64,000 bases of DNA, from assembly GCF_009914755.1 (NCBI RefSeq), contig NC_060930.1. One strand, written 5' to 3'. The notes beneath the pieces were generated by a model. That model had not been told where the DNA came from. It ran no database searches and worked only from the letters and a program-made list of their open reading frames with translations. How positions within the stretch are numbered: the first letter of the stretch is position 1; every line of letters starts with the position of its first letter. This document shows positions 27,601-41,000 of this stretch, piece after piece. A program made the position numbers and the translations under genes. The stretch is from the human T2T-CHM13v2.0 reference genome, Homo sapiens.

Positions 27601-30600
27601 TGGATAATTGGACCGCCTTGAGGCCTTCGTTGGAAACGGGATTTCTTCATGTTACTCTAGATAGAAGAATTCTCAAACACTGCTATGTGATGTTTGCATT
27701 CAAGTCACAGAGTGCAACATTCCTCTTGACAGAGCAGTTGGGAAACACTCCTTTTGTAGAATTTGCAATGGGATATTTGGACTTCTTTGAGGCCTTCGTT
27801 GGAAACGGGATTTCTTCGTATAAATCTAGACAGAAGAATTCTCAGAAACTTGTTTGTGATGTGTGCATTCAACTCAGCGAGTGGCACCTTCCTTTGGAGA
27901 CAGCAGTTTTGAAACACTGTTTTTGAGGTATTTCCAAGCGGATATTTAGAGCGCCTTGAAGCCTACGCTAGAAATGGAAATATCTCCCCATAAAACCAAG
28001 ACAGAAGCAATCTCAGAAACTAATGTGTGATGGCTGCATTCCACACACACGGTGGACCATTTCTCTTGATAGAGCAGTTTTGAAACACTCTTTCTGTAGA
28101 ATCTGCAAGTGGATAATTGGACCTCCTAGAGGCCTTCGTTGGAGACCGAATTTCTTCATCTAAACCTACAGAGAAGAATTCTCAGTAACTTCTTCGGATG
28201 TGTGCATTCGACTCACAGAGTGGAACATTCCCTTCGATAGAGCAGTTTTGAGACACCGTTTTTGTAGAATTCCCAAGTGGATATTTAGAGCACTTTGAAG
28301 TCTCTGCTAGAAAAGGAAACATCTTCATGTAAAAAGTAGATAGAATCGTTCTCAGAAAGTGCTTAGTGACGTGTGCGTTCAACTCACAGAGTGTAACGTT
28401 TCTTTTGATAGAGCGTTTCTGAAACACCCTTCTTGTAGTAGCTGCAAGTGGATATTTGGACCTATTGGAGGCCTTCTTTGGAAACGGGATTTCTTCATGT
28501 AACTCTAGATTGAAGAATTCTCAGAAACTCCTGTGTGATGTGTGCATTCAATTCAAAGAGTGAAACCTCCCTTTTCACAGAGCAGTTTTGAAACACTGTT
28601 TTTGTAGGATTTCCAAGGGGATATTTATAGCGCATTGAGCCTACGGCAGAAAAAGAAACACCTTCCTATAAAAACTAGACAGAATAATTCTCAGAATCTG
28701 CTTTGCGATGTGTGCGTTCAACTCACTGAGTAAACTTTTCTTTTGATAGAGCAGTTTTGAAACACTCTTTTTGTAGTATTTGCATGTGTATATTTAGAGC
28801 GCATTGAAGCCCACAGTAGAAAAGGAAATAACTTCACCTAAAACCTAGACAGAAGCAACCCCAGAAACTACTTTGTGATGTGTACATTCAACTCGCAGAG
28901 TGGAACTTTCCTCTTTATAGAGCAGTGTTGAAACACTCTTTTTGTAGAAACTGCAAGTGGATATGTGGACCTCTTTGAGGCCCTCGTTGGAAACCGGATT
29001 TCTTCCTATAACCCTAGACAGAAGAATTTTCAGAAACCTCATTGTGATGTGTGCGTTCATCTCACAGAGTGGAGTCTTCCGTTTGATAGAGAAGTTTTGA
29101 AACCCTGTTCTTGTAGGATTTCCAAGTGGATATTTAGATCACTTTGAAGCCTATGATAGAAAAGGAAACATCTTCATGGAAAACATAGACAGAATCATTC
29201 TCAGAAAGAACTTTGTGATGTGTGCATTGAACTCACCGTCTTTAACCTTTCTTTTGGTAGAGAAGTCTTGAAACACTCTCTTTGTAAAGTCTACAAGTGG
29301 ATATTTTGAGCCCTTGGAGGCATTCTTTGGAAAAGGGAATGTCTTCACGTAAAAGGCAGACAGAAGTGTTCTCAGAAACTGCTTTGTGATGTCTGTGTTC
29401 AACTCACAGAGTTTAACATTTCCTTTGATAGAGCAGTTTAGCAACACTCTCTTTGTAGAATTTGGAAGTGTATACTAAGAGCGCTTTGAGGCCTATGGTA
29501 GAAAAGGAAATATCTTTCCATAAAAGCTAGACAGAAGCAATCTCAGAAACTCCTTTGTGATGTCTGCATTCAACTCACCGAGTGGAACATTCCTCTTGAT
29601 AGAGCAGTTTGGAAACACTCTTTCTGTAGAATCAGCTTGTTTGTATTTGGAACTCCTTGAGGCCTTCGTTGGAAACGGGTTTTCATCTTATAAACCCAGA
29701 CAGAAGAATTCTCTGAGTCTTCTTTGTGATGTGTGCTTTCAACTCACCGAGATAAAGATTTCTCTTGATAGAGCAATTTGGAAACACTCTTTTTGTAGAA
29801 TTGGCAAGGGTACATTGAGAGCGCTTTCAGGCCTATGGTAGAAAAGGGAATATCTTTCCATAAAAGGTAGACAGAAGCAATCTCAGAAACTACTTTGTGA
29901 TGTGTGCATTCAACTCACCGAGTGCAACATTCCTCTTGATAGAGCAGTTTGGAAACATTGTTTCTGTAGAATCTGCAAGTGGATATTTGGACCTCTTTGA
30001 GGCCTTCGTTGGAAACGGGATTTCTTGCTATAAACCCAGACAGAAGAATTCTCAGAGACTTCTTTGTGATGTGTGAATTCAACTCACAGTGTGGATCCTT
30101 CCTTTTGATAGAGCAGTTTTGAAACACTGTTTTTGTAGTATTTCCAAGCGGATATTTGGAACGCCTTGAAGCGTATGGTAGAAAAGGAAATATCTTCCCA
30201 TAAAACCTAGACAGAACCAATCTCAGAAACGACTTTGTGATGTCTGCATTCAACTCACAGAGTTGAACATTTCTCTTGATAGAGCAGTTTTGAAACCCTC
30301 TTTCTGAAGGATCTGCAAGTGGATATTTGGAACTCCTTTGGGTCTTCGTTGGAAACGGGATTTCTCCGTATAAATCTAGACAGAAGAATTCTCCGAAACT
30401 TCTTTGGTTGTGTGCATTCAAGTCACAGAGTGGAACCTTCCTTTGGGTAGAGCAGTTTGAAACGCTGTGGTTGTAGTATTTCCAAGCGGATATTTGAGTG
30501 CCTTGAGGCCTATGGTAGAAAAGGAAATGTCTTCCCATAAAACCTAGACGGAAGCAATCTCAGAAACTACTGTGTGATGGCTGCATTCCACACACACGGT

Positions 30601-33600
30601 GGAACATTTCTCTTGATAGAGCAGTTTTGAAACACTCTTTCTGTAGAATCTGCAAGTGGATAATTGGACCGCCTTGAGGCCTTCGTTGGAAACGGGATTT
30701 CTTCATGTTACTCTAGATAGAAGAATTCTCAAACACTGCTATGTGATGTTTGCATTCAAGTCACAGAGTGCAACATTCCTCTTGACAGAGCAGTTGGGAA
30801 ACACTCCTTTTGTAGAATTTGCAATGGGATATTTGGACTTCTTTGAGGCCTTCGTTGGAAACGGGATTTCTTCGTATAAATCTAGACAGAAGAATTCTCA
30901 GAAACTTGTTTGTGATGTGTGCATTCAACTCAGTGAGTGGCACCTTGCTTTAGAGACAGCAGTTTTGAAACACTGTTTTTGAGGTATTTCCAAGCGGATA
31001 TTTAGAGCGCCTTGAAGCCTATGCTAGAAATGGAAATATCTCCAAATAAAACCAAGACAGAAGCAATCTCAGAAACTAATGTGTGATGGCTGCATTCCAC
31101 ACACACGGTGGACCATTTCTCTCGATAGAGCAGTTTTGAAACACTCTTTCTGTAGAATCTGCAAGTGGATAATTGGACCTCCTAGAGGCCTTCGTTGGAG
31201 ACCGGATTTCTTCATCTAAACCTACAGAGAAGAATTCTCAGTAACTTCTTCGGATGTGTGCATTCGACTCACAGAGTGGAACATTCCCTTCGATAGAGCA
31301 GTTTTGAGACACCGTTTTTGTAGAATTCCCAAGTGGATATTTAGAGCACTTTGAAGTCTCTGCTGGAAAAGGAAACATCTTCATGTAAAAAGTAGATAGA
31401 ATCGTTCTCAGAAAGTGCTTAGTGACGTGTGCGTTCAACTCACAGAGTGTAACGTTTCTTTTGATAGAGCGTTTCTGAAACACCCTTCTTGTAGTAGCTG
31501 CAAGTGGATATTTGGACCTATTGGAGGCCTTCTTTGGAAACGGGATTTCTTCATGTAACTCTAGATTGAAGAATTCTCAGAAACTCCTGTGTGATGTGTG
31601 CATTCAATTCAAAGAGTGAAACCTCCCTTTTCACAGAGCAGTTTTGAAACACTGTTTTTGTAGGATTTCCAAGGGGATATTTATAGCGCATTGAGCCTAC
31701 GGCAGAAAAAGAAACACCTTCCTATAAAAACTAGACAGAATAATTCTCAGAATCTGCTTTGCGATGTGTGCGTTCAACTCACTGAGTAAAACTTTTCTTT
31801 TGATAGAGCAGTTTTGAAACACTCTTTTTGTAGTATTTGCATGTGTATATTTAGAGCGCATTGAAGCCCACAGTAGAAAAGGAAATAACTTCACCTAAAA
31901 CCTAGACAGAAGCAATCCCAGAAACTACTTTGTGATGTGTACATTCAACTCGCAGAGTGGAACTTTCCTCTTTATAGAGCAGTGTTGAAACACTCTTTTT
32001 GTAGAAACTGCAAGTGGATATGTAGACCTCTTTGAGGCCCTCGTTGGAAACCGGATTTCTTCCTATAACCCTAGACAGAAGAATTTTCAGAAACCTCATT
32101 GTGATGTGTGCGTTCATCTCACAGAGTGGAGTCTTCCTTTTGATAGAGAAGTTTTGAAACCCTGTTCTTGTAGGATTTCCAAGTGGATATTTAGACCACT
32201 TTGAAGCCTATGATAGAAAAGGAAACATCTTCATGGAAGACATAGACAGAATCATTCTCAGAAACAACTTTGTGATGTGTGCGTTGAACTCACCGTCTTT
32301 AACCTTTCTTTTGGTAGAGAAGTCTTGAAACACTCTCTTTGTAAAGTCTACAAGTGGATATTTTGAGCCCTTGGAGGCATTCTTTGGAAAAGGGAATGTC
32401 TTCACGTAAAAGGCAGACAGAAGTGTTCTCAGAAACTGCTTTGTGATGTCTGTGTTCAACTCACAGAGTTTAACATTTCCTTTGATAGAGCAGTTTAGCA
32501 ACACTCTCTTTGTAGAATTTGGAAGTGTATACTAAGAGCGCTTTGAGGCCTATGGTAGAAAAGGAAATATCTTTCCATAAAAGCTAGACAGAAGCAATCT
32601 CAGAAACTCCTTTGTGATGTCTGCATTCAACTCACCGAGTGGAGCATTCCTCTTGATAGAGCAGTTTGGAAACACTCTTTCTGTAGAATCAGCTTGTTTG
32701 TATTTGGAACTCCTTGAGGCCTTCGTTGGAAACGGGTTTTCATCTTATAAACCCAGACAGAAGAATTCTCTGAGTCTTCTTTGTGATGTGTGCTTTCAAC
32801 TCACCGAGATAAAGATTTCTCTTGATAGAGCAATTTGGAAACACTCTTTTTGTAGAATTTGCAAGGGTACATTGAGAGCGCTTTCAGGCCTATGGTAGAA
32901 AAGGGAATATCTTTCCATAAAAGGTAGACAGAAGCAATCTCAGAAACTACTTTGTGATGTGTACATTCAACTCACCGAGTGCAACATTCCTCTTGATAGA
33001 GCAGTTTGGAAACATTGTTTCTGTAGAATCTGCAAGTGGATATTTGGACCTCTTTGAGGCCTTCGTTGGAAACGGGATTTCTTCCTATAAACCCAGACAG
33101 AAGAATTCTCAGAGACTTCTTTGTGATGTGTGAATTCAACTCACAGTGTAGATCCTTCCTTTTGATAGAGCAGTTTTGAAACACTGTTTTTGTAGTATTT
33201 CCAAGCGGATATTTGGAACGCCTTGAAGCGTATGGTAGAAAAGGAAATATCTTCCCATAAAACCTAGACAGAACCAATCTCAGAAACGACTTTGTGATGT
33301 CTGCATTCAACTCAGAGAGTTGAACATTTCTCTTGATAGAGCAGTTTTGAAACCCTCTTTCTGAAGGATCTGCAAGTGGATATTTGGAACTCCTTTGGGT
33401 CTTCGTTGGAAACGGGATTTCTCCGTATAAATCTAGACAGAAGAATTCTCCGAAACTTCTTTGGTTGTGTGCATTCAAGTCACAGAGTGGAACCTTCCTT
33501 TGGGTAGAGCAGTTTGAAACGCTGTGGTTGTAGTATTTCCAAGCGGATATTTGAGCGCCTTGAGGCCTATGGTAGAAAAGGAAATGTCTTCCATAAAACC

Positions 33601-36600
33601 TAGATGGAAGCAATCTCAGAAACTACTGTGTGATGGCTGCATTCCACACACACGGTGGAACATTTCTCTTGATAGAGCAGTTTTGAAACACTCTTTCTGT
33701 AGAATCTGCAAGTGGATAATTGGACCGCCTTGAGGCCTTCGTTGGAAACGGGATTTCTTCATGTTACTCTAGATAGAAGAATTCTCAAACACTGCTATGT
33801 GATGTTTGCATTCAAGTCACAGAGTGCAACATTCCTCTTGACAGAGCAGTTGGGAAACACTCCTTTTGTAGAATTTGCAATGGGATATTTGGACTTCTTT
33901 GAGGCCTTCGTTGGAAACGGGATTTCTTCGTATAAATCTAGACAGAAGAATTCTCAGAAACTTGTTTGTGATGTGTGCATTCAACTCAGCGAGTGGCACC
34001 TTCCTTTGGAGACAGCAGTTTTGAAACACTGTTTTTGAGGTATTTCCAAGCGGATATTTAGAGCGCCTTGAAGCCTACGCTAGAAATGGAAATATCTCCC
34101 CATAAAACCAAGACAGAAGCAATCTCAGAAACTAATGTGTGATGGCTGCATTCCACACACACGGTGGACCATTTCTCTTGATAGAGCAGTTTTGAAACAC
34201 TCTTTCTGTAGAATCTGCAAGTGGATAATTGGACCTCCTAGAGGCCTTCGTTGGAGACCGGATTTCTTCATCTAAACCTACAGAGAAGAATTCTCAGTAA
34301 CTTCTTCGGATGTGTGCATTCGACTCACAGAGTGGAACATTCCCTTCGATAGAGCAGTTTTGAGACACCGTTTTTGTAGAATTCCCAAGTGGATATTTAG
34401 AGCACTTTGAAGTCTCTGCTAGAAAAGGAAACATCTTCATGTAAAAAGTAGATAGAATCGTTCTCAGAAAGTGCTTAGTGACGTGTGCGTTCAACCCACA
34501 GAGTGTAACGTTTCTTTTGATAGAGCGTTTCTGAAACACCCTTCTTGTAGTAGCTGCAAGTGGATATTTGGACCTATTGGAGGCCTTCTTTGGAAACGGG
34601 ATTTCTTCATGTAACTCTAGATTGAAGAATTCTCAGAAACTCCTGTGTGATGTGTGCATTCAATTGAAAGAGTGAAACCTCCCTTTTCACAGAGGAGTTT
34701 TGAAACACTGTTTTTGTAGGATTTCCAAGGGGATATTTATAGTGCATTGAGCCTACGGCAGAAAAAGAAACACCTTCCTATAAAAACTAGACAGAATAAT
34801 TCTCAGAATCTGCTTTGCGATGTGTGCGTTCAACTCACTGAGTAAAACTTTTCTTTTGATAGAGCAGTTTTGAAACACTCTTTTTGTAGTATTTGCATGT
34901 GTATATTTAGAGCACATTGAAGCCCACAGTAGAAAAGGAAATAACTTCACCTAAAACCTAGACAGAAGCAATCCCAGAAACTACTTTGTGATGTGTACAT
35001 TCAACTCGCAGAGTGGAACTTTCCTCTTTATAGAGCAGTGTTGAAACACTCTTTTTGTAGAAACTGCAAGTGGATATGTAGACCTCTTTGAGGCCCTCGT
35101 TGGAAACCGGATTTCTTCCTATAACCCTAGACAGAAGAATTTTCAGAAACCTCATTGTGATGTGTGCGTTCATCTCACAGAGTGGAGTCTTCCTTTTGAT
35201 AGAGAAGTTTTGAAACCCTGTTCTTGTAGGATTTCCAAGTGGATATTTAGACCACTTTGAAGCCTATGATAGAAAAGGAAACATCTTCATGGAAGACATA
35301 GACAGAATCATTCTCAGAAACAACTTTGTGATGTGTGCGTTGAACTCACCGTCTTTAACCTTTCTTTTGGTAGAGAAGTCTTGAAACACTCTCTTTGTAA
35401 AGTCTACAAGTGGATATTTTGAGCCCTTGGAGGCATTCTTTGGAAAAGGGAATGTCTTCACGTAAAAGGCAGACAGAAGTGTTCTCAGAAACTGCTTTGT
35501 GATGTCTGTGTTCAACTCACAGAGTTTAACATTTCCTTTGATAGAGCAGTTTAGCAACACTCTCTTTGTAGAATTTGGAAGTGTATACTAAGAGCGCTTT
35601 GAGGCCTATGGTAGAAAAGGAAATATCTTTCCATAAAAGCTAGACAGAAGCAATCTCAGAAACTCCTTTGTGATGTCTGCATTCAACTCACCGAGTGGAG
35701 CATTCCTCTTGATAGAGCAGTTTGGAAACACTCTTTCTGTAGAATCAGCTTGTTTGTATTTGGAACTCCTTGAGGCCTTCGTTGGAAACGGGTTTTCATC
35801 TTATAAACCCAGACAGAAGAATTCTCTGAGTCTTCTTTGTGATGTGTGCTTTCAACTCACCGAGATAAAGATTTCTCTTGATAGAGCAATTTGGAAACAC
35901 TCTTTTTGTAGAATTTGCAAGGGTACATTGAGAGCGCTTTCAGGCCTATGGTAGAAAAGGGAATATCTTTCCATAAAAGGTAGACAGAAGCAATCTCAGA
36001 AACTACTTTGTGATGTGTACATTCAACTCACCGAGTGCAACATTCCTCTTGATAGAGCAGTTTGGAAACATTGTTTCTGTAGAATCTGCAAGTGGATATT
36101 TGGACCTCTTTGAGGCCTTCGTTGGAAACGGGATTTCTTGCTATAAACCCAGACAGAAGAATTCTCAGAGACTTCTTTGTGATGTGTGAATTCAACTCAC
36201 AGTGTGGATCCTTCCTTTTGATAGAGCAGTTTTGAAACACTGTTTTTGTAGTATTTCCAAGCGGATATTTGGAACGCCTTGAAGCGTATGGTAGAAAAGG
36301 AAATATCTTCCCATAAAACCTAGACAGAACCAATCTCAGAAACGACTTTGTGATGTCTGCATTCAACTCACAGAGTTGAACATTTCTCTTGATAGAGCAG
36401 TTTTGAAACCCTCTTTCTGAAGGATCTGCAAGTGGATATTTGGAACTCCTTTGGGTCTTCGTTGGAAACGGGATTTCTCCGTATAAATCTAGACAGAAGA
36501 ATTCTCCGAAACTTCTTTGGTTGTGTGCATTCAAGTCACAGAGTGGAACCTTCCTTTGGGTAGAGCAGTTTGAAACGCTGTGGTTGTAGTATTTCCAAGC

Positions 36601-38069
36601 GGATATTTGAGCGCCTTGAGGCCTATGGTAGAAAAGGAAATGTCTTCCATAAAACCTAGATGGAAGCAATCTCAGAAACTACTGTGTGATGGCTGCATTC
36701 CACACACACGGTGGAACATTTCTCTTGATAGAGCAGTTTTGAAACACTCTTTCTGTAGAATCTGCAAGTGGATAATTGGACCGCCTTGAGGCCTTCGTTG
36801 GAAACGGGATTTCTTCATGTTACTCTAGATAGAAGAATTCTCAAACACTGCTATGTGATGTTTGCATTCAAGTCACAGAGTGCAACATTCCTCTTGACAG
36901 AGCAGTTGGGAAACACTCCTTTTGTAGAATTTGCAATGGGATATTTGGACTTCTTTGAGGCCTTCGTTGGAAACGGGATTTCTTCGTATAAATCTAGACA
37001 GAAGAATTCTCAGAAACTTGTTTGTGATGTGTGCATTCAACTCAGCGAGTGGCACCTTCCTTTGGAGACAGCAGTTTTGAAACACTGTTTTTGAGGTATT
37101 TCCAAGCGGATATTTAGAGCGCCTTGAAGCCTACGCTAGAAATGGAAATATCTCCCCATAAAACCAAGACAGAAGCAATCTCAGAAACTAATGTGTGATG
37201 GCTGCATTCCACACACACGGTGGACCATTTCTCTTGATAGAGCAGTTTTGAAACACTCTTTCTGTAGAATCTGCAAGTGGATAATTGGACCTCCTAGAGG
37301 CCTTCGTTGGAGACCGGATTTCTTCATCTAAACCTACAGAGAAGAATTCTCAGTAACTTCTTCGGATGTGTGCATTCGACTCACAGAGTGGAACATTCCC
37401 TTCGATAGAGCAGTTTTGAGACACCGTTTTTGTAGAATTCCCAAGTGGATATTTAGAGCACTTTGAAGTCTCTGCTAGAAAAGGAAACATCTTCATGTAA
37501 AAAGTAGATAGAATCGTTCTCAGAAAGTGCTTAGTGACGTGTGCGTTCAACCCACAGAGTGTAACGTTTCTTTTGATAGAGCGTTTCTGAAACACCCTTC
37601 TTGTAGTAGCTGCAAGTGGATATTTGGACCTATTGGAGGCCTTCTTTGGAAACGGGATTTCTTCATGTAACTCTAGATTGAAGAATTCTCAGAAACTCCT
37701 GTGTGATGTGTGCATTCAATTGAAAGAGTGAAACCTCCCTTTTCACAGAGGAGTTTTGAAACACTGTTTTTGTAGGATTTCCAAGGGGATATTTATAGCG
37801 CATTGAGCCTACGGCAGAAAAAGAAACACCTTCCTATAAAAACTAGACAGAATAATTCTCAGAATCTGCTTTGCGATGTGTGCGTTCAACTCACTGAGTA
37901 AACTTTTCTTTTGATAGAGCAGTTTTGAAACACTCTTTTTGTTGTATTTGCATGTGTATATTTAGAGCGCATTGAAGCCCACAGTAGAAAAGGAAATAAC
38001 TTCACCTAAAAGCTAGACAGAAGCAATCCCAGAAACTACTTTGTGATGTGTACATTCAACTCGCAGAGT

Positions 38070-41000
38070 GGAACTTTCCTCTTTATAGAGCAGTGTTGAA
38101 ACACTCTTTTTGTAGAAACTGCAAGTGGATATGTGGACCTCTTTGAGGCCCTCGTTGGGAACCGGATTTCTTCCTATAACCCTAGACAGAAGAATTTTCA
38201 GAAACCTCATTGTGATGTGTGCGTTCATCTCACAGAGTGGAGTCTTCCGTTTGATAGAGAAGTTTTGAAACCCTGTTCTTGTAGGATTTCCAAGTGGATA
38301 TTTAGATCACTTTGAAGCCTATGATAGGAAAGGAAACATCTTCATGGAAAACATAGACAGAATCATTCTCAGAAAGAACTTTGTGATGTGTGCGTTGAAC
38401 TCACCGTCTTTAACCTTTCTTTTGGTAGAGAAGTCTTGAAACACTCTCTTTGTAAAGTCTACAAGTGGATATTTTGAGCCCTTGGAGGCATTCTTTGGAA
38501 AAGGGAATGTCTTCACGTAAAAGGCAGACAGAAGTGTTCTCAGAAAGTGCTTTGTGATGTCTGTGTTCAACTCACAGAGTTTAACATTTCCTTTGATAGA
38601 GCAGTTTAGCAAAACTCTCTTTGTAGAATTTGGAAGTGTATAGTAAGAGCGCTTTGAGGCCTATGGTAGAAAAGGAAATATCTTTCCATAAAAGCTAGAC
38701 AGAAGCAATCTCAGAAACTCCTTTGTGATGTCTGCATTCAACTCACCGAGTGGAGCATTCCTCTTGATAGAGCAGTTTGGAAACACTCTTTCTGTAGAAT
38801 CAGCTTGTTTGTATTTGGACCTCCTTGAGGCCTTCGTTGGAAACGGGTTTTCATCTTATAAACCCAGACAGAAGAATTCTCTGAGTCTTCTTTGTGATGT
38901 GTGCTTTCAACTCACCGAGATAAAGATTTCTCTTGATAGAGCAATTTGGAAACACTCTTTTTGTAGAATTTGCAAGGGTACATTGAGAGCGCTTTCAGGC
39001 CTATGGTAGAAAAGGGAATATCTTTCCATAAAAGGTAGACAGAAGCAATCTCAGAAACTACTTTGTGATGTGTGCATTCAACTCACCGAGTGCAACATTC
39101 CTCTTGATAGAGCAGTTTGGAAACATTGTTTCTGTAGAATCTGCAAGTGGATATTTGGACCTCTTTGAGGCCTTCGTTGGAAACGGGATTTCTTCCTATA
39201 AACCCAGACAGAAGAATTCTCAGAGACTTCTTTGTGATGTGTGAATTCAACTCACAGTGTGGATCCTTCCTTTTGATAGAGCAGTTTTGAAACACTGTTT
39301 TTGTAGTATTTCCAAGCGGATATTTGGAACGCCTTGAAGCGTATGGTAGAAAAGGAAATATCTTCCCATAAAACCTAGACAGAACCAATCTCAGAAACGA
39401 CTTTGTGATGTCTGCATTCAACTCACAGAGTTGAACATTTCTCTTGATAGAGCAGTTTTGAAACCCTCTTTCTGAAGGATCTGCAAGTGGATATTTGGAA
39501 CTCCTTTGGGTCTTCGTTGGAAACGGGATTTCTCCGTATAAATCTAGACAGAAGAATTCTCCGAAACTTCTTTGGTTGTGTGCATTCAAGTCACAGAGTG
39601 GAACCTTCTTTTGGGTAGAGCAGTTTGAAACGCTGTGGTTGTAGTATTTCCAAGCGGATATTTGAGCGCCTTGAGGCCTATGGTAGAAAAGGAAATGTCT
39701 TCCCATAAAACCTAGACGGAAGCAATCTCAGAAACTACTGTGTGATGGCTGCATTCCACACACACGGTGGAACATTTCTCTTGATAGAGCAGTTTTGAAA
39801 CACTCTTTCTGTAGAATCTGCAAGTGGATAATTGGACCGCCTTGAGGCCTTAGTTGGAAACGGGATTTCTTCATGTTACTCTAGATAGAAGAATTCTCAA
39901 ACACTGCTATGTGATGTTTGCATTCAAGTCACAGAGTGCAACATTCCTCTTGACAGAGCAGTTGGGAAACACTCCTTTTGTAGAATTTGCAATGGGATAT
40001 TTGGACTTCTTTGAGGCCTTCGTTGGAAACGGGATTTCTTCGTATAAATCTAGACAGAAGAATTCTCAGAAACTTGTTTGTGATGTGTGCATTCAACTCA
40101 GCGAGTGGCACCTTCCTTTGGAGACAGCAGTTTTGAAACACTGTTTTTGAGGTATTTCCAAGCGGATATTTAGAGCGCCTTGAAGCCTACGCTAGAAATG
40201 GAAATATCTCCCCATAAAACCAAGACAGAAGCAATCTCAGAAACTAATGTGTGATGGCTGCATTCCACACACACGGTGGACCATTTCTCTTGATAGAGCA
40301 GTTTTGAAACACTCTTTCTGTAGAATCTGCAAGTGGATAATTGGACCTCCTAGAGGCCTTCGTTGGAGACCGGATTTCTTCATCTAAACCTACAGAGAAG
40401 AATTCTCAGTAACTTCTTCGGATGTGTGCATTCGACTCACAGAGTGGAACATTCCCTTCGATAGAGCAGTTTTGAGACACCGTTTTTGTAGAATTCCCAA
40501 GTGGATATTTAGAGCACTTTGAAGTCTCTGCTAGAAAAGGAAACATCTTCATGTAAAAAGTAGATAGAATCGTTCTCAGAAAGTGCTTAGTGACGTGTGC
40601 TTTCAACTCACAGAGTGTAACGTTTCCTTTGATAGAGCGTCTCTGAAACACCCTTCTTGTAGTAGCTGCAAGTGGATATTTGGACCTATTGGAGGCCTTC
40701 TTTGGAAACGGGATTTCTTCATGTAACTCTAGATTGAAGAATTCTCAGAAACTCCTGTGTGATGTGTGCATTCAATTCAAAGAGTGAAACCTCCCTTTTC
40801 ACAGAGCAGTTTTGAAACACTGTTTTTGTAGGATTTCCAAGGGGATATTTATAGCGCATTGAGCCTACGGCAGAAAAAGAAACACCTTCCTATAAAAACT
40901 AGACAGAATAATTCTCAGAATCTGCTTTGCGATGTGTGCGTTCAAGTCACTGAGTAAAACTTTTCTTTTGATAGAGCAGTTTTGAAACACTCTTTTTGTA

